From an uncultured Acidobacteriota bacterium (GTDB lineage: Bacteria > Acidobacteriota > JAQAZP01): a stretch of 64,000 nt of DNA. Position 1 is the stretch's first letter, and every line of letters starts with the position of its first letter. Of the stretch, positions 9,484 to 19,403 are shown piece after piece. Location: contig CAWIIB010000009.1 of assembly GCA_963836075.1 (NCBI GenBank), forward strand, positions 2,912,001 to 2,976,000. Reading direction: 5' to 3'. The translations under genes were made by a program, and so were the position numbers. The notes under the pieces were generated by a model. The model was not told the origin of the DNA. It did no database searches and was given only the letters and a program-made list of their open reading frames with translations.

Positions 9484-10953
9484 ATGGCCAGGCTCATTAT
9501 CGTCAGCGGCCCCGGGGCGGGAACCGAGCACCTTCTCGAGGGCGGCAGGACCAGTATCGGCCGCGATCCGGCCAACACTATCGTGATCGGCGACAGTCTC
9601 GTGTCCAAGCGCCATGCCGAAATCATCCGCGACGAGGATGGCGGCTTGCGTATCGTTGACGTCGGTTCAAGCAACGGCACCCTGGTCAATGACCGGCAGG
9701 TGGTGGAGCACCGCTTGTCCCACAACGACGAGGTCCAGCTGGGCGAGAGCCTGCTGCGCTTCGAGAGTGAAGCGGCGCCGGCCGTTGACGATGGTGCGAA
9801 AACAGTCTTCATCGATGATGCGGCCACCCGCCTGTCGTTCCCCTCCGACGCCGTGGAGGCGGCCCGCTCCCCCCGGCCGCCCTCCGGCGGGGCGGAACCG
9901 GACAGCACCATCTACATCAGTGACGATGACGGGCCGGCCCAGGCCGCACCGTATCCGCCGGCGCCCGTTGCGGAGCCGGTCCCCAGGCTGCGGAAGAAAC
10001 AGACCAATCTGCCGGTGATGCCGATCCTGCTCGCCTTTATCGCGGTGATGATCATCATCGGCTGTCTGCTGACCTGGAAGGTGGTGCAGCGGACCCGCGG
10101 GGAACAGGCCCCAACGGCAGCGGAAACTGAAACGGCCGCGGTCCCGGACGGCGGCGGCAGCGCCGCGGAGGACGGTGCCGGCTCCGTACCGCCCACCCTG
10201 GTGGAGGAGGAGAACCTGATAGCCGAACCGCTGGAGTCCACCGCGCCGGTGCGGACGGCGCCGGCGCCGGTGACCGGATCGCGGACCGGACAGGCCGCGG
10301 CCCCGCCCCGGACCACTGCGCCGCAAACCGTTGCGCCGCCGCCGGCGACCTCACCGCCCCCGTCCACCCGGGCCCCCGCGCCGCCACCCGCCAGGACCTC
10401 TACACCGCCGCCCACGCGGACCTACACGCCGCCGGCCCGCCCCCGTGAAGTGCCGCCGTCCACCGGCAGCCCCGCCGGCACCGCGACCACGGGCACCGGC
10501 GGTCCGGCCACCGCCGCGACGGCGCCACCGGCCACCACGGCGGCCACGCCAAAGGAGGTGGTGCCCGACGCCACCCACGGAGTGCTGCACGTGATCACCA
10601 AGCCGGTGGGGGCCACCATCTACATCAACGAGGAACTGGTGGGGAAATCGAACACCAAGAAACGGATGTCGGCGGGAAAATACATCATCCGCCTGGAGCA
10701 CCAGGGGCAGTCGGTCACCGATGACGTGAAGGTCAAGGTTCAGCAGGTCAGCACCTTCTACCACGACTTTCTCCCTCCGCCGCCGGACGAGGACGAGGAC
10801 GAGGACGACAAGGACGACGACGACGAGGACGAGGACGAAGACGACGAGGACGAAGACGAGGATGACGAGGACGACGAGGACGAGGACGACGAGGATGACG
10901 AGAAGAAGAAAAAGAAGGGTTTCAAGAAGAGACTCAAGGACATTTTTGGTTAG
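9484..10953 (+). CDS. FHA - TM - Pro/Thr linker - PEGA domain protein with acidic tail
   Basis: FHA (IGRD, VSKRHA, GSSNGTLVN); TM ILLAFIAVMIIIGCLLTW; PEGA (L.VITKPVGATIYIN...GKY.IRL); D/E tract followed by a K-rich C-terminus. Confidence 0.88.
   Translation: MARLIIVSGPGAGTEHLLEGGRTSIGRDPANTIVIGDSLVSKRHAEIIRDEDGGLRIVDVGSSNGTLVNDRQVVEHRLSHNDEVQLGESLLRFESEAAPAVDDGAKTVFIDDAATRLSFPSDAVEAARSPRPPSGGAEPDSTIYISDDDGPAQAAPYPPAPVAEPVPRLRKKQTNLPVMPILLAFIAVMIIIGCLLTWKVVQRTRGEQAPTAAETETAAVPDGGGSAAEDGAGSVPPTLVEEENLIAEPLESTAPVRTAPAPVTGSRTGQAAAPPRTTAPQTVAPPPATSPPPSTRAPAPPPARTSTPPPTRTYTPPARPREVPPSTGSPAGTATTGTGGPATAATAPPATTAATPKEVVPDATHGVLHVITKPVGATIYINEELVGKSNTKKRMSAGKYIIRLEHQGQSVTDDVKVKVQQVSTFYHDFLPPPPDEDEDEDDKDDDDEDEDEDDEDEDEDDEDDEDEDDEDDEKKKKKGFKKRLKDIFG
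10786..10902 (+). repeat. Coding low-complexity GAC/GAG repeat (39-codon Asp/Glu tract)
   Basis: GACGAGGAC... repeats in frame within the 9484..10953 ORF. Confidence 0.9.
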
Positions 10954-10957
10954 GCGG

Positions 10958-11968
10958 TTGACGGTGTCCCTCACGGCCCCGGCCCTGATCCTCCTTGCGC
11001 TTTCGGCCTGCACCGGCTCTCGTGTCGCGGCGACGGTGGCCCTGCCGGCCGCTGCCGCTGCCGAGGGCCTCCACCAGCCGGCCCGGCTGCTTCCGGCGCT
11101 GGTGATCGAGCATCCCGACTTTTCCATCATCGACGGGGTCTGTGTCGGTCCCGGCGGCGAGATCTTCGTGTCGGACAAGGGCATCCATGCCATCTTTGTC
11201 TTTGATGATTCGGGACGGTTCCTGCGGCGGTTCGGCCGGCTGGGTGATGGTGAGGGGCAGCTGCACGAGCCCACCGGCATCGCCTTTGACCGGGACGGCC
11301 GCCTGGTGGTGGTGGACCAGGGCAACGGCCGGGTCCAGATCTTCAACACCGCGGGGCAGTTTGTCCTCGCCTTCGGCAACAAAGGCCGCAGGCCGGGGGA
11401 GTTCACCGAGCCCCAGGGGGTGGCCCTGGACGGCGAGGGGCGCATCCTGGTCACCGATGCCACGGCCAACCGGGTCCAGGTGTTCGACAGCCAGGGGCGC
11501 TACCTGCACGGTTTTGGTTCCTCAGGCAAGGGGGACGGCGAGTTTGACGAGCCGGAATCCATCACCGTGGACGCCCGTGGCCGGATCCTGGTGGCCGACG
11601 AGGGGAACCACCGGGTCCAGGTGTTCGACGCGGACGGGATTTACCAGTTCAGCTTCGGTGCTGTTGGCCAGGGGCCGGGCCACTTCGTCAAGGACGTGGA
11701 GGGACTGGCCCTGGATGGTGCCGGGCTGGTGTTCGCTCTCGACGAGAGGGGGGGCAAGATCGAAATCTTCGATGGCGAGGGCCGGTCCCGGGGCAGCTTC
11801 GGCGGCGGCCCGGGAGGGGAGCCGGGACAGTTCAACAGCCCCGATGGCATGACGCTCAATGAGGAACAGGGCCTGCTGCTGGTGGCCGACCAGGGCAACC
11901 GCCGGGTCCAGGTGTTCCGTCTGGACGAGATTCGCCGGGCGGTGAGCGGTGCGGCCGACGCCGGGTAA
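10958..11968 (+). CDS. NHL-repeat beta-propeller lipoprotein
   Basis: Lipobox LSAC; repeated G.G.GEF.EP.G(I/V)A.D..GRI.V.D..N.RVQ(V/I)F; start TTG 10958 or GTG 10964. Confidence 0.88.
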   Translation: MTVSLTAPALILLALSACTGSRVAATVALPAAAAAEGLHQPARLLPALVIEHPDFSIIDGVCVGPGGEIFVSDKGIHAIFVFDDSGRFLRRFGRLGDGEGQLHEPTGIAFDRDGRLVVVDQGNGRVQIFNTAGQFVLAFGNKGRRPGEFTEPQGVALDGEGRILVTDATANRVQVFDSQGRYLHGFGSSGKGDGEFDEPESITVDARGRILVADEGNHRVQVFDADGIYQFSFGAVGQGPGHFVKDVEGLALDGAGLVFALDERGGKIEIFDGEGRSRGSFGGGPGGEPGQFNSPDGMTLNEEQGLLLVADQGNRRVQVFRLDEIRRAVSGAADAG

Positions 11969-12004
11969 GCGGGTCGGGCCACCCACCGCGGAAAGGAAAT
12001 CAGG

Positions 12005-12586
12005 ATGTTCGCTCCACTGAACAGCACAAAACACCGGGCGCGTCTGGCCGCCTGCTGGACCCTGGTTCTGCTCTTCGTTCTGCTGGCGGGCAGCGGCTGC
12101 GGCGAGAGCAAACTGGATGAATACACCACCACGCTGCGCAAGGATTTCGACGCCGACGAGCGTGAAGAGGCAGCGGAGAAGCTGGGGAAGCTGGGTGACC
12201 CGGCCGCCATCCCCGCCCTCCGTGCCGCCACCCGGGACCCGGACGACAAGGTGCGGGAGGCCGCGGCCGAAGCCCTGGGGCTGCTGGCCGACCCTGCCTC
12301 CGGCACTGACCTGGTTGCCCTGCTGCGCGACCCGGAGAAGAAGGTGCGCCGCGAGGCGGTCAAGGCCCTGGGGCTGATCGGGGACCCCCAGCGGGTGGGT
12401 GACCTGCTGCCCATGCTGGGGGACCGGTCCAGCGACATCCGGGAGGAGACCGCCGAGGCCCTGGGCCGCATCGGCTCCCCGCTGGCCCTGCCGGCGCTGC
12501 AGCGCCTGGCCGCCGAAGACAGCGATGGGGACGTACGGCGGGTGGCCCAGTTCGCCGTGCGGCGCATCGAGGATCAGGCCCCGTAG
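12005..12586 (+). CDS. HEAT (PBS-lyase-like) repeat lipoprotein
   Basis: Lipobox GSGC; repeats of D....VR..AA.ALG.(I/L)G. Confidence 0.88.
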   Translation: MFAPLNSTKHRARLAACWTLVLLFVLLAGSGCGESKLDEYTTTLRKDFDADEREEAAEKLGKLGDPAAIPALRAATRDPDDKVREAAAEALGLLADPASGTDLVALLRDPEKKVRREAVKALGLIGDPQRVGDLLPMLGDRSSDIREETAEALGRIGSPLALPALQRLAAEDSDGDVRRVAQFAVRRIEDQAP

Positions 12587-12587
12587 C

Positions 12588-15500
12588 TCAGAGCACCTTC
12601 ACCGCCACGGCGGTGATGTCGTCGTGCTGCGGCGCTCCGGCGGCGAACCGCTGGACATCGCCGATCACCGCGTCGAGGATCTGCTTGGCGCTCATCCCGC
12701 CGGTGTCCATGCGCTCCAGCAGGCGCCGCAGGGCCCCGGTCTCGTAGAAGCGGCGTGAGGGGTCCTGGCTCTCCGGGATGCCGTCGGTGAGCAGCAGCAG
12801 GACGTCTCCGGCCTGGAGGTTGACGGTGCTCTCCTCGGTACTCCCCGTCGGGGAGGATGCCCAGCGGCAGTTTCGACCCCTCGGACTTCAGCGTCAGGAT
12901 CTCACCCCCCGAACGTTTGAGCAGCGGTTCCACCAGGCCGGCGTTGGTGAAGGTCAACACCCGTGAGGCCAGATCCAGACGGGCAAAGCAGAGCGCGGTG
13001 AAGGTGGAGCGCGAGGTCTTGTTGTATACCGGCAGGTTGGCCGCGGCCACCACCTCTGCCGCCGAGCGGTTGCGCCGTGCCTCGGCCTGGATCACGCCGG
13101 TGGTCAGCACGGCGGTGAGCGCCGCGTCCATCGATTTTCCGGCCACGTCGGCCACGGCGATACCGAGAGCGGTGTGATCGTCGTCGAGCCAGATGAAATC
13201 GTAGAAATCACCTCCCACCGTGTTGGCCGGGATACAGGTGCCGTCGATATCGTAGCCCGCGGTCTGCGGCGGGGCCTGGGGCAGGATGGACGCCTGGGTG
13301 TCGCGGGCGGTCTGCAGCTCGCTGCGCAGGCCCAGCACCCGCACCCGGTGGCGGTAGGCCGCGGTGACCGCGACGGCCATGGTCAGCGCCAGCAGCGCGA
13401 GGAACCAGCCCCGCTGCCAGAAGGGCGGGGTGACGGTGATGTCCAGCGACGCCTCCACTTCGCTCCACACCCCATCGTTGTTGGAGGCGCGGACCCGCAG
13501 GGTGTAGCGGCCCGGGTCGAGGTTGGTGTAGCTGGCGTGCCGCCGGGTGCCGGCGTCGTTCCACTCGTCGTCCAGCCCCTCCAGACGGTAGGTATACCGG
13601 TTTTTCTCCGGCTGGCGGAAGTTCAGCGCCGAGAACTGGACGTGGATGTCGTTGTAGCGATGGGGCAGGGTCACCGCGGCCCGGGAGGAGAGGGGCCGCT
13701 GGTTGGCCAGATCGAGGCCCGGCACCGTGATCCGGGTCAGCACCACCGGCGGCGTGCTGCGGTTTTCGGCGATCTCTTCCGGGTGGAAGCTGGTGTAGCC
13801 GTTGATCCCGCCGAAGAACATCTCTCCGTCGGGGCTCTTCCAGGCCGAGGCGGAGTTGAACTCGTTGCTCTGCAGGCCGTCGCTCATGTCGTAGTTGCGA
13901 ATCTCGAGAATTCCACCATCGCTGGAGTGCATGAAGCGGCAGATCCCATGGTTGGTGCTGATCCAGAAGCTGCCAACGTCGTCCTCCAGAATGGTGTAGA
14001 TCACGTTGTTCGGCAGCCCGTCCCGCACGTAGTAGCGCCGGCATTTGCCGGTGGCCGGGTCGAAACGGTTGAGCCCCAGGCCGGTGCCCAGCCAGAGGAT
14101 GCCGTCGGGCGTGGGGTGGATCGCCAGGATCCGGTCGTCGCTGACACTCTCCCGGTCCTGGGGGTCGTGTCGAAACCGGGTGAACGACCCGGTCGCCTCG
14201 TCGTAGCGGTTCAGCCCCCCGCCATTGGTTGCCACCCAGATGGTGCCGTCCCGGTCCTCGGCGATACAGTAGATGCCGTTGGAACTGAGGCTTGTCGGGT
14301 CGTCGTCGTCGCGCAGGAACCGGGTGAAGGTGCCCCTTTCGTGGTCCATCAGGTTCACCCCTCCGCCGCCGGTGCCGATCCAGAAACGGCCGCTCCGGTC
14401 CTCGTAGATGTACTGGACCACGTCGGAACTGATGCTGGCCGGGTCCTCGGGGTCGTGCTGGTAGTGAACGAAATCGTCGGTCTCCGGCCGGTAGCGGTCC
14501 AGCCCGTTGCCGGCGGTGCCGGCCCAGAGCGTGCCCTGGCTGTCCACCATGGCATACCAGACCGTGTTCAGGCTGAGGCTGCCTGGAACGTCCGGATCGA
14601 AGAGATGGCGGTGGTGCTTCCCGCTGCCGTCGACACGGGTCAGACCACCGTTGACCAGGCCGAGCCACAGGTTGCCCTCGGGGTCGCCGGTGATGGTGCG
14701 GACCACCAGGTGCTGGATGCTGTCCGGGTTTCCCTGGATGTGGGTGTGGTGGATGAACGGTTTCTTTTCCCGGTCGAAGATGTTCAACCCGGCCCCGTTG
14801 GTCCCGATCCAGATCAGCCCCGAGCGGTCCTCGATCATGGCCAGGATGAAATCGAGGCTCAGGCTGGCGGGATCCCCCGGAACGTAGGGGTAGTGGGACC
14901 AGGAAGCGTCCCCTTCTGCCAGGGTGCAGATCCCGGACAGCAGCGTCCCGACCCAGATCATCCCCCGGCTGTCGGTGAGCAAGGACGCGACGGGCTGCGT
15001 CGCCAGGTTTACGGCCTCTCCCGGGACGGAGGTCTGCCGGGTCACCCGGCCGGTGGCCGGGTCGATGCGGTTCAGACCCGCCCTGGTGCCGACCCAGATG
15101 TCACCGGACGGTCCTTCGCAGATGGCGAGCACAAAGGGGGAACTGAGCGTGGACGGATCCTCCGCAACGGAACCGTAGGTGGTTGCCGAGCCGCTGCGGG
15201 GATCGAGACGCGCCAGGCCGTTGTTGGTGCCGATCCACAGGTCGCCGCGGCTGTCCTCGAATATTTCTCGCACCGGGGCGGGTCTGCTGTCCGCCGTATC
15301 CCCGGATGCTTCCGAGTGATGGCTGAACGAATGGTCAGCGGGTTCGTAGCGGTCGAGGCCGGTCCTGGTGCCGGCCCAGATCCGGCCGGCGGAATCCCGG
15401 TGAACCGCCAGCACCACATCGTGGGACAGGCTCAGCGGGTCGCCGGCCGCGGCCCGGTGATGGGTGAAGCGGTCGGTGGAGCGGTCCAGACGGTCAAGCC

Positions 15501-15924
15501 CGGCCATGGTGGCCACCCAGATGCTCCCGTCCTCCCCCTCGCAGAGGCTGTTGACCATGTCGTGGCCCAGGGTTTCAGTGTCTTCCGGGTCGTGGCGGTA
15601 CACGGTGAAGGTGTAGCCGTCGTAGCGGTTGAGCCCGTCTTCGGTGCCGAACCAGAGGAACCCGACGCTGTCCTGGAGGATGCAGCGGACGCTGCTCTGG
15701 GAGAGGCCGTGTTCCACGGAAAGACGCTGAAAGCCCACCTCATTGGGCGTTACCGGCGTGCCCCCTTCCGCGGGGATGCCGAGCAGGGCGAGGATCAGGA
15801 ATCCTGTCACTGCGAGGAGCCGCAGGCGACAAAGCAACCTCCTCCGCACACCTGCCGCTGAAAGCGGATGGCTTCGGAGTGCCGCAAATGACAGCTGTTT
15901 CCACTCTGTTCCCTGTCGGTTCAT
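12588..15924 (-). CDS. Two-component-regulator propeller + Y_Y_Y + SpoIIE/PP2C phosphatase (frameshift near 12837)
   Basis: Reg_prop repeats (I.ED..G.LW.GT..GL.R.D), Y_Y_Y (YTYRLEGLDDEW, YTNLDPGRYTLRVRASNNDGVW), TM, PP2C motifs GGDFYD and DVAGK; the alternative frame completes LLLLTDGIPE...QHDDITAVAVKVL with a stop at 12588. Confidence 0.88.
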
Positions 15925-15992
15925 ACCTTAGTATACGCGGAAAGGACGGCCAAAGGTTTTGCGGCCGGCGCAGCGGGGGAGCGGGGGCAGGA

Positions 15993-17903
15993 TTACTTGT
16001 TGCGGGCCTTGCGCAGGGTCTCCTCGGTGACCGCCACCACCTGGCGCATCTGCATCGGTTTGGCCAGCACCTTCTGCACGCCGGTGCCCTTGACCTTGGC
16101 CTCTTCCACCTGGGCCCCCCAGCCGGTCATTACGATCACCGGGATCGACTTGTCGGAAGCCTTGATCCTGCTGGCCACCTCCCAGCCCGAGATTCCGGGC
16201 ATGCCGAGATCGGTGAACACCAGATCGTACTGGTGCTTGTTGAACAGCGCCATGCCGTCGATGCCGTCAACCGCCACGTCCACCTGGTGGCCCACCGAGA
16301 GGAGGATCTCACTCACCACTTCGCGGATATACTTGTCGTCGTCGATGACCAGGATGCGGCCCTTGTTGCAGCTCTCCCCGGGTTCCTCCCGCGGCGCCTC
16401 GGCCTTGGGTTTGCCGTTGGCCACCGGCAGGTAGATGGTGAACGTCGATCCATGGCCCTGCTCGCTCTCCACCATGATCTCACCCTCGTGGCGCTCGATG
16501 ATTCCGCAGGAGATGCTCAGCCCCAGACCGCTGCCCCGTTTACCCTTGGTGGTGTAGAAGGGCTGGAAGACCTTTTCCCGCACGTCGGGCGGGATGCCGA
16601 CGCCGTCGTCGCTCACCGAAGCAAAGACCCGGCCGCCGTGCATCCCGGTGCGCACCCTGATGGTGCCGCTCTCGCGAATGGCATCCACGGCATTGAAGAT
16701 CAGGTTGGTCAGCACCTCGCGCAGTTCGTTGCCCCGTCCCAGCACGTGGCGGATGGTTCCGTAATCCTCCTGCACGCGGATCTCCACGTTGTCCACCTGG
16801 GCCTCGTCCTTCCAGCGGGACTTGGTGATGGCCAGGGTGTCGCGGACCAAGGTGTTGAGGTCCAGCAGCTCCACCTCACGCTCGCCGCTGATCCGGCTGA
16901 AGCGGAGGATACGGCTCACCGTGTCGGCCCCGTCCAGGGCGGCGCGCTCCACCACCCGCAGCCGTTTCTTGATCTCTTCCCATTCCTGGGGTTTCTTGTC
17001 GCCCCTGGTGATCAGCAGCTGGACGTGGCCGAGGATGGCGCTGAGCAGGTTGTTGAAGTCGTGGGCCACTCCGCAGGACATCTCGCCGAGGGTGTGCAGG
17101 TTGTTCATCTTCATCACCTGCATCTCCATCTCCTTCACGGCGGAGAGGTCGCGGATGCCGGCGGCGATGTAGCGGATCCGTTCCGGAGCCTTGCCCGGCC
17201 GGGGGGTGCGGCGGCCGGCGAAGGGCAGCAGCTTGAAGCTGACCTCGCAGGGGAAGCTGCGGCCGTCCCGGCGCTGGGCGGTGACGTCAGTGTAGGACAG
17301 CTCTTCACCCTCGGGCAGGGTCTTGATGCCTTCCAGCAGCTTGCCACCGTCCACGTCGGGAAAGATGTTCTGCAGGGTGGCGTTGACCAGGTTCTCCGGG
17401 TCGGCGCAGAGCATCTCCGCCGCCCGGTTGTTGGCCGCGGCCAGCAGACCGCTCTCGGCCCGGAAGAGCAGCAGCGGCTCCAGGGCCACCGCCACCAGGC
17501 CGGCGGGGTTGATCACCGCCCCATGCTGGTGCTGCTTGATGCGGGTCAGCGTGCCCTGGGAACAGACAAATTTCTGGTCCTTGCTGTAGACCCCGGTGCT
17601 CTGCAGGTCGAAGTGGAATTCGCTGCCGTTGCGGCTGTTCAGGGTCAGCGGGTAGCCGTGGGTGGCCCGTTTCCCGGTGCGCCGTTCGTTGAACATTCGG
17701 CCGGCCAGCGGGTTGCGGTTGATATCGACGATCCTCGAGTAGTGCTCACCCAGCAGCTCGTCCTGACTGTAGCCGAGCATGCGGCTCAGCTTCTCGTCGA
17801 GGTAGAGGATGCTGCCGGTGGGATTGACCACGTATGTGGTCTGCGGAAGTGAGAAGGCCGATGTACCGTCCGTAGCATTGCCGGCTGATTGTGCCCCGCG
17901 CAT
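15993..17903 (-). CDS. PAS-PAS hybrid sensor histidine kinase with receiver domain
   Basis: H-box GVAHDFNNLL, N-box NLIFNAVDA, G boxes DDGVGI and GSGLGL, REC ILVIDDD...TDLGMP. Confidence 0.93.
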   Translation of the reverse strand: MRGAQSAGNATDGTSAFSLPQTTYVVNPTGSILYLDEKLSRMLGYSQDELLGEHYSRIVDINRNPLAGRMFNERRTGKRATHGYPLTLNSRNGSEFHFDLQSTGVYSKDQKFVCSQGTLTRIKQHQHGAVINPAGLVAVALEPLLLFRAESGLLAAANNRAAEMLCADPENLVNATLQNIFPDVDGGKLLEGIKTLPEGEELSYTDVTAQRRDGRSFPCEVSFKLLPFAGRRTPRPGKAPERIRYIAAGIRDLSAVKEMEMQVMKMNNLHTLGEMSCGVAHDFNNLLSAILGHVQLLITRGDKKPQEWEEIKKRLRVVERAALDGADTVSRILRFSRISGEREVELLDLNTLVRDTLAITKSRWKDEAQVDNVEIRVQEDYGTIRHVLGRGNELREVLTNLIFNAVDAIRESGTIRVRTGMHGGRVFASVSDDGVGIPPDVREKVFQPFYTTKGKRGSGLGLSISCGIIERHEGEIMVESEQGHGSTFTIYLPVANGKPKAEAPREEPGESCNKGRILVIDDDKYIREVVSEILLSVGHQVDVAVDGIDGMALFNKHQYDLVFTDLGMPGISGWEVASRIKASDKSIPVIVMTGWGAQVEEAKVKGTGVQKVLAKPMQMRQVVAVTEETLRKARNK

Positions 17904-18164
17904 TCCACTCCCTTCCCTTCAACAAGGGCGGCCTGATTCTGTTGCATGTATATGAAAGGACCGGCTTCATCCTTCTATGGCGTGATGAGAACCTGATCCA
18001 AGTAGGGGTAAAAGGATACTAGCAGGTTACTGGCGAATATTCAAATGAGAAATGTGCCTTCCGGGAGATATTCTCTTGACTGAAAGTGGGTCGGGATGCA
18101 TTGATTTTCGTATTATTTTCGTGTATGGTTTACTCCTGTGAATTCCGGGTTGCGGAGACATGGA

Positions 18165-19382
18165 ATGCGGCAGATACTTCATGTGGACATGGATGCCTTC
18201 TTCGTATCGGTGGAGGAACTGCGCGACCCGTCCCTCATCGGGCTGCCGGTTGTGGTGGGCGGCTCGTCCGAGACCAGGGGCGTGGTGGCTGCCGCATCCT
18301 ATGCAGCGCGAAAATTCGGCATCCACTCCGCCATGTCCATGGCCCGGGCGTCAAAGCTCTGCCCTTCACTGGTCCGGGTTTCCGGCCGGGGCAGCGACTA
18401 CTCGGCGTATTCGCGTTCGGTCTTCGACATCTTTCGCCGCTACACGCCGTGGGTCCAGCAGACGTCCATCGACGAGGGCTATCTCGACCTCACCGGGTTC
18501 GAGTCGCTCTATGGCAACCTGGTGCCCGTCTGCGCCGGAATCCGCCAGGCGGTTTTCGACGAGCTGGGCCTGCACTGTTCACTGGGCCTCTCCACCGCGC
18601 GCATGGTCTCCAAGGTGGCCTCCGAGCTGGGCAAGCCGCGGGGGATGGTGGTGGTGCTGCCCGGCCAGGAGGCCGCGTTCCTCCGCCCGCTGGACGTTGG
18701 CCGGATCCCGGGGATCGGGCCGAAGATGCAGGAGCAGCTCCATCGTCTGGGCGTCCACACCGTGGGTGACCTGCAGCAGCTGGATGAACGGCTGCTGGAA
18801 GAAAAATTCGGTGTCCACGGCCCGGCCATGCTGCAGCGGGCCCTGGGGCAGGACCGCTCCGTGGTGCACCTGGAAAAACGGGCGCCCAAGTCCATCGGCG
18901 CCGAGACCACCTTCCCCGAAGATCTCACCAACCGCACGGAGGTGCGGGCCGCCCTCCGGCGGCTGGTGGAGAAGTCAGCCCGCCGGATGCGGGCCAAGGG
19001 GTACGGCTGCAGCTGTGTGACGGTGAAGCTCCGCTCGCACAAGTTTCAGACCACCACCGCCGCCTGTACCGTCGACGAGCCCACCTGGGTTGATCAGCGG
19101 CTGTTCGAAACGGCTGCCCGGCTGCTGGACAAACTGTGGGGCGGGCGCTTTCCGGTGCGGCTGGTGGGGGTACGTTTGACCCGGTTCAAGCCGATGGAGA
19201 GCTCCCAGCAGTGCCTCTTTGACGGCCCCGACCGTGCCGAACAACTGGTCACCGGGATCGACATGGTCCGCGACCGCTTCGGCTTCGATGCGGTGAGCAC
19301 CGGGATGCAGTCCCGGAAGAAGCAGAAGGACTCGGAGAAATACTGGAGCGGGATCGGGTTCAAAAAAGATGAGGAGCCTTAG
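18165..19382 (+). CDS. dinB: DNA polymerase IV (Y family)
   Basis: ILHVDMDAFFVSVE, AASYAARKFGIHSAM, SIDEGYLD, PGIGPK, KSIGAETTF. Confidence 0.95.
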   Translation: MRQILHVDMDAFFVSVEELRDPSLIGLPVVVGGSSETRGVVAAASYAARKFGIHSAMSMARASKLCPSLVRVSGRGSDYSAYSRSVFDIFRRYTPWVQQTSIDEGYLDLTGFESLYGNLVPVCAGIRQAVFDELGLHCSLGLSTARMVSKVASELGKPRGMVVVLPGQEAAFLRPLDVGRIPGIGPKMQEQLHRLGVHTVGDLQQLDERLLEEKFGVHGPAMLQRALGQDRSVVHLEKRAPKSIGAETTFPEDLTNRTEVRAALRRLVEKSARRMRAKGYGCSCVTVKLRSHKFQTTTAACTVDEPTWVDQRLFETAARLLDKLWGGRFPVRLVGVRLTRFKPMESSQQCLFDGPDRAEQLVTGIDMVRDRFGFDAVSTGMQSRKKQKDSEKYWSGIGFKKDEEP

Positions 19383-19403
19383 CCTCATCAGTTTTCCGGC
19401 GAG

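Noticed and set aside
10758-10943. Poly-serine ORF on the minus strand
   Set aside because: Antisense reading of the Asp/Glu tract.
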